From Gammaproteobacteria bacterium (GTDB lineage Bacteria; Pseudomonadota; Gammaproteobacteria; Poriferisulfidales; Poriferisulfidaceae), in contig JAPPLD010000006.1 in assembly GCA_028819565.1 (NCBI GenBank), positions 9,299 to 73,298 on the forward strand: DNA of 64,000 nt, given 5' to 3'. Below are positions 9,080-18,663 of this stretch, in pieces. Both the position numbers and the translations under genes were made by a program. Under the pieces are notes generated by a model. It was given only the letters and a program-made list of their open reading frames with translations. It made no database searches and was not told the origin of the DNA. Numbering within the stretch: the first letter of the stretch is position 1; every line of letters begins with the position of its first letter.

Positions 9080-9385
9080 ATGAATCCTGAAATTTCGATC
9101 CCCAAGGAAAACATTGCCCGCTTCTGCCAAAGTCACGGGATTAGGCGGCTCTCTGTCTTTGGCTCGGCATTGCGGGATGATTTTGGCCCGGATAGCGACA
9201 TTGACATGCTGGTTGAATTTGAACCGGATCACATTCCCGGGCTTCTCGGGATCGCAGGCATGGAACTGGAATTATCGGATTTGTTGGGAGGCCGGAAGGT
9301 AGATCTGCGGACTCCCGCAGACCTAAGCCGATATTTTCGCCAAGAAGTCATGGAAATGGCGGAAGTCCAGTATGCTCAAGAATGA
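9080..9385 (+). CDS. nucleotidyltransferase (MNT-type antitoxin-like, HepT/MNT family)
   Basis: [28 protein letters not shown] is the minimal nucleotidyltransferase motif (GS…D.D). Confidence 0.75.
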   Translation: MNPEISIPKENIARFCQSHGIRRLSVFGSALRDDFGPDSDIDMLVEFEPDHIPGLLGIAGMELELSDLLGGRKVDLRTPADLSRYFRQEVMEMAEVQYAQE

Positions 9386-9419
9386 CGAAGTGCCATTTCA
9401 AATTATCATGCATATTTGA
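9372..9419 (+). pseudogene. remnant of a HepT-like (DUF86) toxin gene, truncated after 15 codons
   Basis: An ATG overlaps the 3' end of the nucleotidyltransferase gene by 14 nt, the typical MNT-HepT arrangement. The [18 protein letters not shown] stops after 15 aa and is followed by AT-rich non-coding DNA. Confidence 0.3.
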
Positions 9420-9682
9420 AATACCGAGTTAAATTTGGAGACATACAATAATCCGCAAGGTATTGCGGCGAAGGTGTCCAGCCATGCGGAGTACGAGAAC
9501 CGAAAGCCGACCGAAGAGGAACGGCATGAACGATGGCAACTGGAAAAGAGGAGACCACACTGAAAAAAGTATTTTTCTTCCTTCTATATACAGTCGGATC
9601 AATCATCCTTTTAGTAATTCTTCTAGCAATGATTTCACCATTTTTGCGGTGATTTGCGGATTATTGTGTTTTCCCTGATGCA

Positions 9683-10039
9683 TTAAATCCGCATGTCCAA
9701 AGTAATCTCGGAATACAGCGCACGAGGGGCGATTTTGCCTTTCTGGCCTTTTTCCAGTTGGACGAGGCCGTATTGCTCTAGGGTATGGAGTGTTCTTGAG
9801 AGGTTTGACTTGGCGCGTCCCGAAATTTCGGCCAATTCGGCCAGTGATTCCGGTTCCTTTTCCGCGATTGTCTTCAAGAGCATTCGATTCCGATCAGACA
9901 AAACTTTAGCGAAACTTTCGAGAGACAGGAACCATACCTTTGGTTCCCCTCGCTTTGGCTTGTATTCACCGTTAGCAATAGCAAGGCTGCGAGCCTTCAT
10001 TTCTGCGTAACTGGCAATGCCTACTTTTAGAGTCTTCAT
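9683..10039 (-). CDS. HTH DNA-binding protein, putative antitoxin (TumA / HVO_A0114-like, from memory)
   Basis: 118 aa with a winged-HTH-like segment (…LAELAEISGRAKSNLSRTLHTLEQYGLV…). 4-bp overlap with the upstream ORF, operon-like. Confidence 0.5.
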   Translation of the reverse strand: MKTLKVGIASYAEMKARSLAIANGEYKPKRGEPKVWFLSLESFAKVLSDRNRMLLKTIAEKEPESLAELAEISGRAKSNLSRTLHTLEQYGLVQLEKGQKGKIAPRALYSEITLDMRI

Positions 10040-10410
10040 GATTTTGTCCTCCGCTCTCTGAGCACCGCATCGACTTCAGTCCAAAAATCTGCTAGCAATG
10101 TAGCAGCATCTTGGTATTGATAAGGCCGGATTGTACGATGCCGATGCTTATGATCGTACGTTTTTTGCCGCCGGCCGCTCGGTCCAGATATAGAACGGAC
10201 AGGATGGGCATTATCAAAGCCGACAAGTCGCTCGCCTTTAGCCCCATGCAATGTAAGGGAGTAATCGATCCCATGTGGTCTGTCCTGGGTTGGCGGCACA
10301 CGCCTCACGCGAAATTTCACCCAATGCTGGCCTTCTCGGTCAACCACGAAAGTCTCTCCGTCCAAATCCAACAGCGTATCTAGGCTCGAATCGCGTGGCG
10401 ATTGTGTCAT
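10036..10410 (-). CDS. putative toxin partner (TumE-like, from memory) of the downstream HTH protein
   Basis: 124-aa ORF translationally coupled (ATGA-type 4-bp overlap) to the HTH gene. The family assignment rests on recollection only. Confidence 0.4.
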   Translation of the reverse strand: MTQSPRDSSLDTLLDLDGETFVVDREGQHWVKFRVRRVPPTQDRPHGIDYSLTLHGAKGERLVGFDNAHPVRSISGPSGRRQKTYDHKHRHRTIRPYQYQDAATLLADFWTEVDAVLRERRTKS

Positions 10411-10418
10411 TGAAATAG

Positions 10419-10437
10419 GTTATCACACAATGATAAC
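10419..10437. promoter_or_regulatory. perfect palindrome GTTATCA-cacaa-TGATAAC immediately upstream of the TA-like operon start (candidate operator)
   Basis: 7-bp perfect inverted repeat with a 5-bp spacer, 9 nt upstream of the ATG at 10410. Confidence 0.35.
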
Positions 10438-10575
10438 AATTTTGGGAATTGCTGGAGGAAAGGAAAATCGACCGTGTTCCGGATTCTGCCATAGGAGACA
10501 GGCGAGGCGACTTCGCGAGAGCGTTGAACATGTAAATTTAACATGCGACTTTATATTATCGTGTATATTTAAAGT

Positions 10576-11754
10576 ATGTATGGAAGAAGCCTGGTTTTGC
10601 CGCCACCCGGGGAAGAAAACTTTTTCCTGTGGGGACCTCGTCAGACGGGCAAGAGCACGCTCCTGAAGCAGTGCTATCCGAAAAGCCGTTGGCTTGATTT
10701 GCTGAAGGCAGACGAATTCAAGCGCTATGCCGACAAACCAGAGTCTTTGCGCTTGGAGATGGAGAAAGAAGGATTGCCGGAAAAGGGGAGCCAGATCGTC
10801 ATTGACGAGATACAGAAAGTCCCGGCACTGCTCGACGAGGTGCACTGGATGATCGAAAACTACGGGCTACGTTTCGCTTTGTGCGGGTCGAGTGCACGCA
10901 AGGTGAGGCGTGGTGCTGCCAACTTGCTGGGTGGACGGGCGATCCGATACGAGTTGTTCGGCTTGACGGCGAATGAGTTGGGAACCGAATTCGATTTGTC
11001 CCGGATGCTTAATCATGGCTATCTACCACAGATGTACGAGACAGATCAACCGGCGAGGTTGCTGGAGGCATACGTTGCCGACTATCTCAAAGAGGAAATT
11101 TTGGCAGAAGGCTTGGTTCGGCACTTCCCCGATTTTTCAGGTTTCTTGGACGCAGCGGCACTGTGCGACGGGGAGGTCATCAATTTCTCCAACATCGCAA
11201 GCGATTGCGCCGTATCGGTTCCCACCGCGAAAGCCTATTTCGGCATTTTGGAGGACACGCTGCTCGGTCGTTGGTTGCCAGCCTATCGCAAACGGCAGAA
11301 ACGGCGAGTAATCCATGCACCGAAATTCTATTTCTCCGATGTGGGCATCGTGAACCGATTAGCGCACAGGGGAGACATACTTCCAGGCTCCGATGTTTAC
11401 GGGAAGGCGTTCGAGAACTGGGTCTTCCATGAACTTTCTTCCTTTTGTGCCTACTGGGAACTGTATGAAGAATTGTCCTATTGGAGACTTTCGGGTGGGA
11501 CTGAGGTAGATTTCGTTCTGGGAGACATGCGGCTCGCAATTGAAGCAAAAGCCAGCACCCGGATCACACCAAAACACCTTCGAGGGCTGCGTAGTTTGGT
11601 TAAAGACAACCCTTCATCCTGTCGTCGTGTCGTCGTGTGCCTTGAACCGCGGGCATGGCGTACGGACGATGGCATCGACATTTTGCCGGCAACAACCTTC
11701 ATCGATCACCTTTGGGGTGGTGATCTTGTAGCTAGTCCAGTTATGGGCAATTAG
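10576..11754 (+). CDS. AAA+ ATPase, DUF4143/COG1373-type ATP-binding protein
   Basis: Walker A GPRQTGKSTLL near the N-terminus. Length and layout are typical of the AAA+ ATPase/DUF4143 family. Confidence 0.7.
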   Translation: MYGRSLVLPPPGEENFFLWGPRQTGKSTLLKQCYPKSRWLDLLKADEFKRYADKPESLRLEMEKEGLPEKGSQIVIDEIQKVPALLDEVHWMIENYGLRFALCGSSARKVRRGAANLLGGRAIRYELFGLTANELGTEFDLSRMLNHGYLPQMYETDQPARLLEAYVADYLKEEILAEGLVRHFPDFSGFLDAAALCDGEVINFSNIASDCAVSVPTAKAYFGILEDTLLGRWLPAYRKRQKRRVIHAPKFYFSDVGIVNRLAHRGDILPGSDVYGKAFENWVFHELSSFCAYWELYEELSYWRLSGGTEVDFVLGDMRLAIEAKASTRITPKHLRGLRSLVKDNPSSCRRVVVCLEPRAWRTDDGIDILPATTFIDHLWGGDLVASPVMGN

Positions 11755-11764
11755 ACTAATTCTC

Positions 11765-12784
11765 ATGCTAGAAAACGTTAGGGTTCGACTTAGGGGCTGG
11801 ATTGCGGTCACGCCTGGCTGGTTTTGGGCCGCAGTAGTCTTATTTGTACTGATAGCAGTTTTTATACCTCCACTAATCTGTTGGCATTGGCCCGCCACTA
11901 ATGGGTTCGAATCGTGTAGCTCAACGATTCGCAATTTTGGTCTTGTATCCGCAGCAGTTATTGCTTTACCGCTGGCTATATGGCGCAGTTGGGTTGCTGA
12001 GCGACAAGCCGGCACAGCAGAACACGGACTGCTGAATGAACGCTATCAAAAGGGTGCTGATATGCTTGGTAGCAAAGTTCTTTCCGTTCGACTCGGAGGC
12101 ATTTATGCTCTGGAGAGATTAGCCGCTGAGCACCCAAAGATTTATCATATCCAAATTATGCAGCTTTTCTGCGCGTTCGTGCGCGATCAGGCTGCTGCAA
12201 AACAGCGACTCGATTTTGATGCTGTCATGCGGGCCATTAGCGCTCGTAGTTATGAGCAAAGGGACATAGAGAAAGAAAAAGACTATCAGCTAAATTTGAA
12301 TGGGGCAGATTTTCGTGGATTGGATCTCTACAATTTGGATTTGTCGGGGATATCGTTTACGCAAGCAGATTTTTCAGATGCTTTTCTCGTTAATACAGAT
12401 TTTTCTAATTCCACATTTTTTAACGCGAAACTATCAGGAGCAAGACTATCAAGCGCAGACTTATCTGGTGCCAGTTTCTTGGATGCGGATCTATCACAGA
12501 TCAAGGATTCAAATGCAGCCAATTTCTCAAGCGCGAGTTTATCTAATGCAAATCTAACTCAGGCATGTTTGTATGGCGCAAATTTCGAGAATACAGATTT
12601 GACAGGGGCAAACCTTACTAGCGCTATCTTTCACAAGGACGGCATCCTTGCAAAGGGCCTGACGCAGCGGCAAATTGCCTTTGCGCAAGCAAATCCAGAA
12701 GGCTCTCTTCCGATTATTGATGGGCTAATAGATACTGAAACTGGAGAAATGATTCTTTGGTCCAAAAGACCGACAGTTGTCTAG
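11765..12784 (+). CDS. membrane-anchored pentapeptide-repeat protein
   Basis: N-terminal TM helix, then >25 tandem pentapeptide repeats (…ADFRGLDLYNLDLSGISFTQADFSDAFLVNTDFSNSTFFNAKLSGARLSSADLSGASF…). GC drops over the repeat region. Confidence 0.75.
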   Translation: MLENVRVRLRGWIAVTPGWFWAAVVLFVLIAVFIPPLICWHWPATNGFESCSSTIRNFGLVSAAVIALPLAIWRSWVAERQAGTAEHGLLNERYQKGADMLGSKVLSVRLGGIYALERLAAEHPKIYHIQIMQLFCAFVRDQAAAKQRLDFDAVMRAISARSYEQRDIEKEKDYQLNLNGADFRGLDLYNLDLSGISFTQADFSDAFLVNTDFSNSTFFNAKLSGARLSSADLSGASFLDADLSQIKDSNAANFSSASLSNANLTQACLYGANFENTDLTGANLTSAIFHKDGILAKGLTQRQIAFAQANPEGSLPIIDGLIDTETGEMILWSKRPTVV

Positions 12785-12868
12785 TCGAGAATTGGCTATG
12801 AGCCGGACCTTCATACGCTAAAATGCCCGCACCAGAATCAAGGAATTCACGTAAAGAACAGATTCACC

Positions 12869-13621
12869 ATGATTTTCAGGCAACTCTTCGAACCGGAATC
12901 GTTCACCTACACCTATCTGCTCGGCTGCCCGCAGACCGGAGAGACTGTGCTCATCGACCCGGTGGTGGAGACGGCGAACCGCGACCTTGAAGTTCTGCAC
13001 GAGATGGGTCTGAAACTCACCTATACCCTGGAGACACACGTTCACGCCGATCACGTAAGTGGAGCGTTCAAGCTCAAGGCGATCACCGATTGCAAGATTG
13101 CAGGTGCCGCGATGGACGACTTGGCATGCAGGGATATCGGCGTTCGCGAGGGTGAGGCGTTCCGCGTCGGAACTCTGGAGATTCATCCGCTGTTCACGCC
13201 GGGGCATACCGACACCCATCATGCTTTCCTGTTCCACTCCCCGAGCGGTGACTGGCTGTTCACCGGCGATGCGCTGTTGATCGACGCCTGCGGGCGGACC
13301 GACTTCCAGATGGGAGATGCCAGCATGCTGTACCACTCGATCCACGACAAGTTCTTCTCTCGCCCGAACGACACCCTGGTCTATCCGGCGCACGACTACG
13401 AGGGGCGTTTCGTGTCCACTATCGGCCAGGAGAAAGCCCGCAACCCGCGCCTCAAGGACAACCGCAGCGAAGAGGATTTCGTGAAGTTGATGGGCGAACT
13501 GGACCTGCCGTACCCGAAGAAGCTCGATTTCTCGGTTCCGGCCAACGAGCTGTGCGGGCGTTGTCCCGATACCCTGCCGCCGGGGGTTCAGGCTATGTGC
13601 AACCTGCACGACCAGGGTTAA
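12869..13621 (+). CDS. MBL-fold persulfide dioxygenase (ETHE1-like sulfur dioxygenase)
   Basis: The N-terminus FRQLFEPESFTYTYLLG closely resembles the ETHE1 N-terminus. HVHADH metal-binding motif; MBL-fold length. Confidence 0.65.
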   Translation: MIFRQLFEPESFTYTYLLGCPQTGETVLIDPVVETANRDLEVLHEMGLKLTYTLETHVHADHVSGAFKLKAITDCKIAGAAMDDLACRDIGVREGEAFRVGTLEIHPLFTPGHTDTHHAFLFHSPSGDWLFTGDALLIDACGRTDFQMGDASMLYHSIHDKFFSRPNDTLVYPAHDYEGRFVSTIGQEKARNPRLKDNRSEEDFVKLMGELDLPYPKKLDFSVPANELCGRCPDTLPPGVQAMCNLHDQG

Positions 13622-13628
13622 GCCCGGC

Positions 13629-14099
13629 CTACCAACGGAATTTATTCCAGAGTTGAGGGTTGGCCCAGAAGCGGCTGTTTAGCCAATTCGGCGTTTTCTT
13701 GTAGGTCTTCAGGCTGAAGTGGTTCAGCCCCCAGATCTGCCCATTGATATCGAAAACCTCTAGGCAGCGCAATCCCAGTGCACCCATCCGTTTAGTCTGT
13801 TCCATGGTATCGCCGGGATGCAGGACGTACAGTTCCAGGGACAGGAAATCGCGCAGATGGGCAATGACCGCATCCAACTGGCTCTCTTCTACCCACGGGG
13901 TCAGGATCAGTCCACAGGTGCGGCGTGATTCCGGGCGCGGTGCCGCCAAGGCCTCGACGCTCGACAGTGTCGTGGCGACCCATTCCGGCACGGGGGAGGG
14001 CGGCCGGTCTGCGATCAGCAGGATGTCCTGATCCGGTAGGGTTTTCCGGATCTTTTCCAGGAGGGTATCCGAAGTGGCTGCTTCCGATTCAGAGAGCAT
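13629..14099 (-). CDS. hypothetical protein
   Basis: 156-aa ORF overlapping the rnd start by 11 nt. Trp-rich C-terminus; no motif recognised. Confidence 0.35.
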   Translation of the reverse strand: MLSESEAATSDTLLEKIRKTLPDQDILLIADRPPSPVPEWVATTLSSVEALAAPRPESRRTCGLILTPWVEESQLDAVIAHLRDFLSLELYVLHPGDTMEQTKRMGALGLRCLEVFDINGQIWGLNHFSLKTYKKTPNWLNSRFWANPQLWNKFRW

Positions 14100-15201
14100 C
14101 GAGGGCTTGGGTCAAGGCCGGGCCGACTATTTTGCCGCGCCAGCCTTGAAGCAGGATCGGATCCGGGTTCTGCCGCACGAGATCCTCCAGCATGGCACGG
14201 GGTGCGAGCAGTTCCGGCGAGACTTCGATTTCCTCGGCAACTTTGCGGGCAACACCGGCCAGAATCCGTATTTTCCTGCGCATTTCCATGCGCTCGTTCC
14301 GGTCCATGAGCTTCCGCTGGATGGGAGGGCAGCGATGGGCTTCTTGAAGCGTCTTCCATAGCCTTTCATGTAGCTTCCAGGAGACCCTGCCGGACACAAT
14401 CTGTTCGAAGTCGCCCCGATCCTCGGGCATCGCGCAGGCGAGAGCCACTAGGATCTCGTCCGAGGCGACCCGGCCCCGAGCCTGGTCTTGGCGCCGGGCG
14501 ACCAGTTCGCGCCAACGCGCCAGCCCCTGCAGCACGTGCAACCGGTCGTTGGGGATCTCGCTGTTGGGGATTTTGACCCGTTTCCACATATGGTTTGAGT
14601 TGGGGACCAGGACGGAAGGAGCCAGGTTTCGTTCCAGTTCTTCCCGGAGCCAGGCCGTTCGTCCCTTGGCTTCCAGATCTTCCGACAGTTGTTGGTAGAT
14701 GGGACCGAGGTACACGACGTCGCGCAGAGCGTACTGGAGCTGGGCCGGCTTGAGCGGTCGGCGGTCCCACCAACTGCGCACCTGAGATTTATCCAGCGCG
14801 ATTCCCAGCGTTTCTTCCACCATGGCAGCATAACTGACTTGGAAGTCGCGCCCGAGCAAGGCCCAGGCAATCTGGGTGTCGAACAGGTTTTCAGGAATCA
14901 GGTCGAAATCGTGGTACATGATCTCGACATCTTGAAGACAGGCGTGCAGGACGCTGATTCTGCCGGGTTTGCGCAACAACTCGATGAAGCCGGACAGGTC
15001 GAGTCCGGCCTGTGCGTCGATCAGGGCATGCTGAGTGCCGTCCGAAACCTGCATCAAGCAGAGTTTCGGGTAGTAGGTATTGATGCGTAGGAACTCCGTG
15101 TCCAGCGCAAGCCACGGCGCTTCCTTGATGGAATCAAGGAATTTCAACAGGGTGTCCTGCCGGGCGACCCATGTCCAACTCGGTATGAGCATCCTCCCCA
15201 T
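14089..15201 (-). CDS. rnd: ribonuclease D
   Basis: DEDDy 3'-5' exonuclease motif LALDTEFLRINTYYPKLCLMQVS, plus a C-terminal HRDC-like region. Confidence 0.85.
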   Translation of the reverse strand: MGRMLIPSWTWVARQDTLLKFLDSIKEAPWLALDTEFLRINTYYPKLCLMQVSDGTQHALIDAQAGLDLSGFIELLRKPGRISVLHACLQDVEIMYHDFDLIPENLFDTQIAWALLGRDFQVSYAAMVEETLGIALDKSQVRSWWDRRPLKPAQLQYALRDVVYLGPIYQQLSEDLEAKGRTAWLREELERNLAPSVLVPNSNHMWKRVKIPNSEIPNDRLHVLQGLARWRELVARRQDQARGRVASDEILVALACAMPEDRGDFEQIVSGRVSWKLHERLWKTLQEAHRCPPIQRKLMDRNERMEMRRKIRILAGVARKVAEEIEVSPELLAPRAMLEDLVRQNPDPILLQGWRGKIVGPALTQALDAL

Positions 15202-15254
15202 GGGGGGAACAGTATAATGCGCCCAACTGCGAAATTCTTCCCGATCCTAAAAAA

Positions 15255-15554
15255 ATGCCTATTTTTCAGGCTTTTCTACTGTTTTTTCTGCTCGTCGGTG
15301 TGAGCATTCCGGAACAGGTGCAAGCGCAGGATCCGGCCGAAAATGACCCAATTCAAGCGACACCGAGCAATGTACCGGCATCAGCTGGAGAGGAGATTTC
15401 ACCTGAGCCGTCTATTCCGCCGGAAGAAGAGTCCCTTGCGCCTCCCTCCGACCCCTTGAGTCTGTACTCTCCAGACATCCTGGTCGACATGCCGTATATC
15501 TACCCCTTGTTGCGGATGCGCTTGACCCCGGAAATGAGGCAGGAGGCACCATGA
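15255..15554 (+). CDS. secreted Pro/Glu-rich hypothetical protein
   Basis: Signal peptide MPIFQAFLLFFLLVGVS…AQA, followed by a low-complexity P/E/S-rich region. Confidence 0.3.
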   Translation: MPIFQAFLLFFLLVGVSIPEQVQAQDPAENDPIQATPSNVPASAGEEISPEPSIPPEEESLAPPSDPLSLYSPDILVDMPYIYPLLRMRLTPEMRQEAP

Positions 15555-16147
15555 AGTTCCGCTGGAACTCCCGCCTCGCCAGCCATCTGGCTGTCGTCAT
15601 TATCGTGATTACGCTGCTGCTGCTCGGATGGCGGATGAGCCCGAATGTCACCTGGTTCCCGGACCTGGAGACGGAGCCCTTGTTTGAGCCCGAGGAGTTG
15701 CCCTCGCTTCGGGATGTGATCGACCAGCCGGAAGAAGAAAGCGGAGTAAAACCCGTACCGTCCGCTCCCCAAGAGGAAGAACCGGATGTTCCGTCCGAAC
15801 CTGTGCAGGCAGCGGAGGCGGAGGCTCCACAGCCGGAAGCGACTCCAACACCGCCCCAACCTCAACTCCGCGATCTGGAAGCGGAAAGGCTCTACGAATC
15901 GTGGAGCCGGGCCCGGCAGTTACTGCGACAGCGGGATTTGGCAGGTGCCGAACAGGCCTACTTAGAGTTGACGAACCGCTGGCCGAAGCACCCGGATCTG
16001 GTTGGCGAACTTGGCAACGTCTATGTACTGCTGGGAGAGAAAAATTCGGCTCGGACCGCGTTCCGGCGATCTCAAAAACTACTGGAGCCAATGGGTCCGT
16101 CGCTGCAACTGGAAGCGGTGACGAGCTGGCTGGAGCGACACCGGTAA
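15551..16147 (+). CDS. membrane-anchored acidic/Pro-rich protein with TPR-like C-terminus (hypothetical)
   Basis: ATGA overlap with the previous ORF. TM helix, low-complexity PEEEEP region, and a C-terminal helical TPR-like segment. Confidence 0.35.
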   Translation: MKFRWNSRLASHLAVVIIVITLLLLGWRMSPNVTWFPDLETEPLFEPEELPSLRDVIDQPEEESGVKPVPSAPQEEEPDVPSEPVQAAEAEAPQPEATPTPPQPQLRDLEAERLYESWSRARQLLRQRDLAGAEQAYLELTNRWPKHPDLVGELGNVYVLLGEKNSARTAFRRSQKLLEPMGPSLQLEAVTSWLERHR

Positions 16148-16172
16148 CGGGAGGATTTCTCTGATCCCGATC

Positions 16173-16658
16173 TTAGGGTAGCCCGGGTTCTCCCGCCGGA
16201 ATCTTCTTCATCAGAAAGTACAAGATCGGCCAGACCACCATGCTGGTCGGTAGGCTGGCCCAGAAAATCAGGCCGGGGTCGACGTTAGACAGAAAGATCG
16301 AGAGCAGGTGAAGGTAACCCAGGTGCAGCGCCAGCAGCAGGCCGACCGGGAGGCTGGTTTCCAGGGAGCCGGAGAATTGCAGTGTCCGGTAGAACCGGGC
16401 GCATAGATACACGATGATGGAATAACTGACGATGTGAATGCCGATCCAGTTGCCGGCGATGAGGTCGCTGGCCAGGCCCGCCACCCAGGCCATTCCAAAA
16501 CCGGCTTTCCCGGTCTGGGTGATGACCCAGAAGATCATTACCATTGCGATCCAGTGCGGCTGCCATGGCGCGAGTCCTTCCGGCAGTGGCCAGGCTGATA
16601 GGGCGGTCGCCGCGATCAGGCTCAGGGCCTGGTAGAACCGCCATTGTTCAATCCGCAT
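16173..16658 (-). CDS. mreD: rod shape-determining protein MreD
   Basis: 161-aa polytopic membrane protein immediately downstream of mreC in the mreBCD operon. Confidence 0.8.
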   Translation of the reverse strand: MRIEQWRFYQALSLIAATALSAWPLPEGLAPWQPHWIAMVMIFWVITQTGKAGFGMAWVAGLASDLIAGNWIGIHIVSYSIIVYLCARFYRTLQFSGSLETSLPVGLLLALHLGYLHLLSIFLSNVDPGLIFWASLPTSMVVWPILYFLMKKIPAGEPGLP

Positions 16659-17466
16659 CGGCGACTTCCTCGGGGGTCTCCCGGTTCCAGACCAGCAGGA
16701 CTTCCCGGTTCCGGTGCAGTTGCGCCCCGGCCTGGACGTCCGCCTCCAGGAAATCTCGACCGGGCTGGGTAATGATTTGCGTGACTTTTCCGACCAGGTG
16801 TTGCTCGGGGTAGGTTTCGTCGAGGCCCGAGGTCAGCAGGATGTCGCCAGACTTGAGGTCGTTGTGGCGTGGGACGAACTTGAGAGTCAGTCCCTGTCCG
16901 TTTCCGTGCGCCAGGTAGCGGTCGTTGGTCCGCGCGTTGCGCACCATCAGGGCGTGGCTGACGTCGGTAACCAGCAGGACGGTGGACTGGAACAGGCTGG
17001 TGTTCGAGATCTGGCCGACGACGCCGCGCTCGTCCAATACCGGTTGGCCAACGTAGGTGCCGTTCCGGGTGCCGCGATTGATGGTGATGGTCTGGCGGAA
17101 TGCGTTCGTGTTGCTCTTCGTGACGACCGCAACCAGTGCCTGTTTCGAATGCCCTTGGATGTCCAGTCGCGCGAGGGTTCGCAGACGGCGGTTTTCGTCT
17201 TCCAGTGCCTCGAGAGTCCGCGACGAGAAGACGTTCTCCAGCAATTGCTGACGGAGCTTCCGATTCTCTTCGGCCAGTGCTTCGATGCCCTGGTAGTGGG
17301 TATAGACCGAATCAATGAGCTGCTGGGGCAGGCTCGCGACAACCATGATCGGATGGATGACTAGGTCGAGCAGGGGGGCGGCGCGGTCGACCACCGCATA
17401 GCGGTAATCGACGCTAATCAATGCGATTGCCAGGATCAGGCTGCCGGTCAGTTTACGCCAATGCAT
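16648..17466 (-). CDS. mreC: rod shape-determining protein MreC
   Basis: N-terminal TM, coiled coil, and a beta-rich C-terminal domain; position between mreB and mreD. Confidence 0.85.
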   Translation of the reverse strand: MHWRKLTGSLILAIALISVDYRYAVVDRAAPLLDLVIHPIMVVASLPQQLIDSVYTHYQGIEALAEENRKLRQQLLENVFSSRTLEALEDENRRLRTLARLDIQGHSKQALVAVVTKSNTNAFRQTITINRGTRNGTYVGQPVLDERGVVGQISNTSLFQSTVLLVTDVSHALMVRNARTNDRYLAHGNGQGLTLKFVPRHNDLKSGDILLTSGLDETYPEQHLVGKVTQIITQPGRDFLEADVQAGAQLHRNREVLLVWNRETPEEVADAD

Positions 17467-17516
17467 CTGGGGTCTGACTCAGGAAAGGCCTAGCCGTTCC
17501 AACGGATTTCGGCCGG

Positions 17517-18584
17517 TTACCCGAAAAAGGCCTGTGAATCCTGCTGAAGTTCGATGTTTTCCTCCAAGACCTTGCCGCCGCCGCGTGCGACGCAGTACAA
17601 GGGTTCGTTGGCGATGATGACGGAAACCTTGATCTCCTGCATCAGCAATTCGTCGATGCCCCGCAGCATGGCGCCGCCGCCGGTGACGACGATGCCGCGC
17701 GCCATGATGTCCGAAGCCAGGTCTGGTGGGGTTTGCTCCAGGACCGAACGAACCTTGTTCAGAACGCCCTGCAGCGGCTCCTGCAGGGCGTCGTTGATCT
17801 CGTTGCTGTTGACGGTGATGCTGCGCGGCGTGCCGTCAGACAGGTCGCGGCCTCGCACCTCCATTTCCTCCACCGTCTGCGGGCGGTAGGCGCTGCCGAT
17901 GGTGTGCTTGATCGTCTCCGCAGTGGTTTCCCCGATCAACAGCCCGCAGTTGCGCCGCACGTATTCGATGACGCTCTGGTTGAAGTGGTCGCCGCCGGTG
18001 CGGGAGGAGTCGGCGTAGACGATGTCGTTGAGCGACAGCACTGCGACCTCCGAAGTGCCGCCGCCGATGTCCAGGATGAAGTGGCCGCAGGGCTCTTCGA
18101 TGTTCAGGCCCGCCCCCAGTGCGGCAAGCAACGGTTCCTCGTACAGGTAGACCTTGCGCGCGCCAGCCGCTTCCGCGGCGGCCCGGATCGCCCGGCGCTC
18201 CACCTGGGTAGCGCCGCAGGGCACGCAGATCAGGACTCGCGGTCCGACGGAAAACAGCCGCCGCTGGCTCGCCTTCCGAATGAAGTATTGCAACATCTTC
18301 TCGGCAGTCGCAAAGTCGGCGACCACGCCGTCGCGCAAAGGGCGCACCACCTCGATGTTGGCAGGCGTCCGGCCGATCATGCGCTTGGCCTCAATGCCGA
18401 CGGCCTCGACCTGCGGTTTGTTCAAGTCCGAATACTTACGGATAGCCACTACCGAAGGCTCATCCAGGACGATTCCTTCTCCGGGCACGTAGACGAGGGT
18501 ATTGGCGGTACCCAGGTCGATGGACATATCGTCGCTGAAAAGACGTCGGAACATGGAAAACTTCCAGAAAATTGAATGCGACAA
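17517..18584 (-). CDS. mreB: rod shape-determining protein MreB (actin homologue)
   Basis: …[12 protein letters not shown]…[12 protein letters not shown]…[18 protein letters not shown]…, a canonical MreB sequence. Confidence 0.95.
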   Translation of the reverse strand: MSHSIFWKFSMFRRLFSDDMSIDLGTANTLVYVPGEGIVLDEPSVVAIRKYSDLNKPQVEAVGIEAKRMIGRTPANIEVVRPLRDGVVADFATAEKMLQYFIRKASQRRLFSVGPRVLICVPCGATQVERRAIRAAAEAAGARKVYLYEEPLLAALGAGLNIEEPCGHFILDIGGGTSEVAVLSLNDIVYADSSRTGGDHFNQSVIEYVRRNCGLLIGETTAETIKHTIGSAYRPQTVEEMEVRGRDLSDGTPRSITVNSNEINDALQEPLQGVLNKVRSVLEQTPPDLASDIMARGIVVTGGGAMLRGIDELLMQEIKVSVIIANEPLYCVARGGGKVLEENIELQQDSQAFFG

Positions 18585-18663
18585 TTTAGCATAGATATAG
18601 GCTTGGCGGCTATACTAGACTGTTAATCTCAGCTTCTTTCGACCCCAAGACCCCGCTTCGTTC

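Noticed and set aside
13629-14099. Considered whether the 156-aa ORF next to rnd is a YcgL-domain protein (recalled as adjacent to rnd in Pseudomonas).
   Set aside because: The sequence does not show the YcgL pattern (C.IYRS…TYLYV…LQLPP) that I recall; left as hypothetical.
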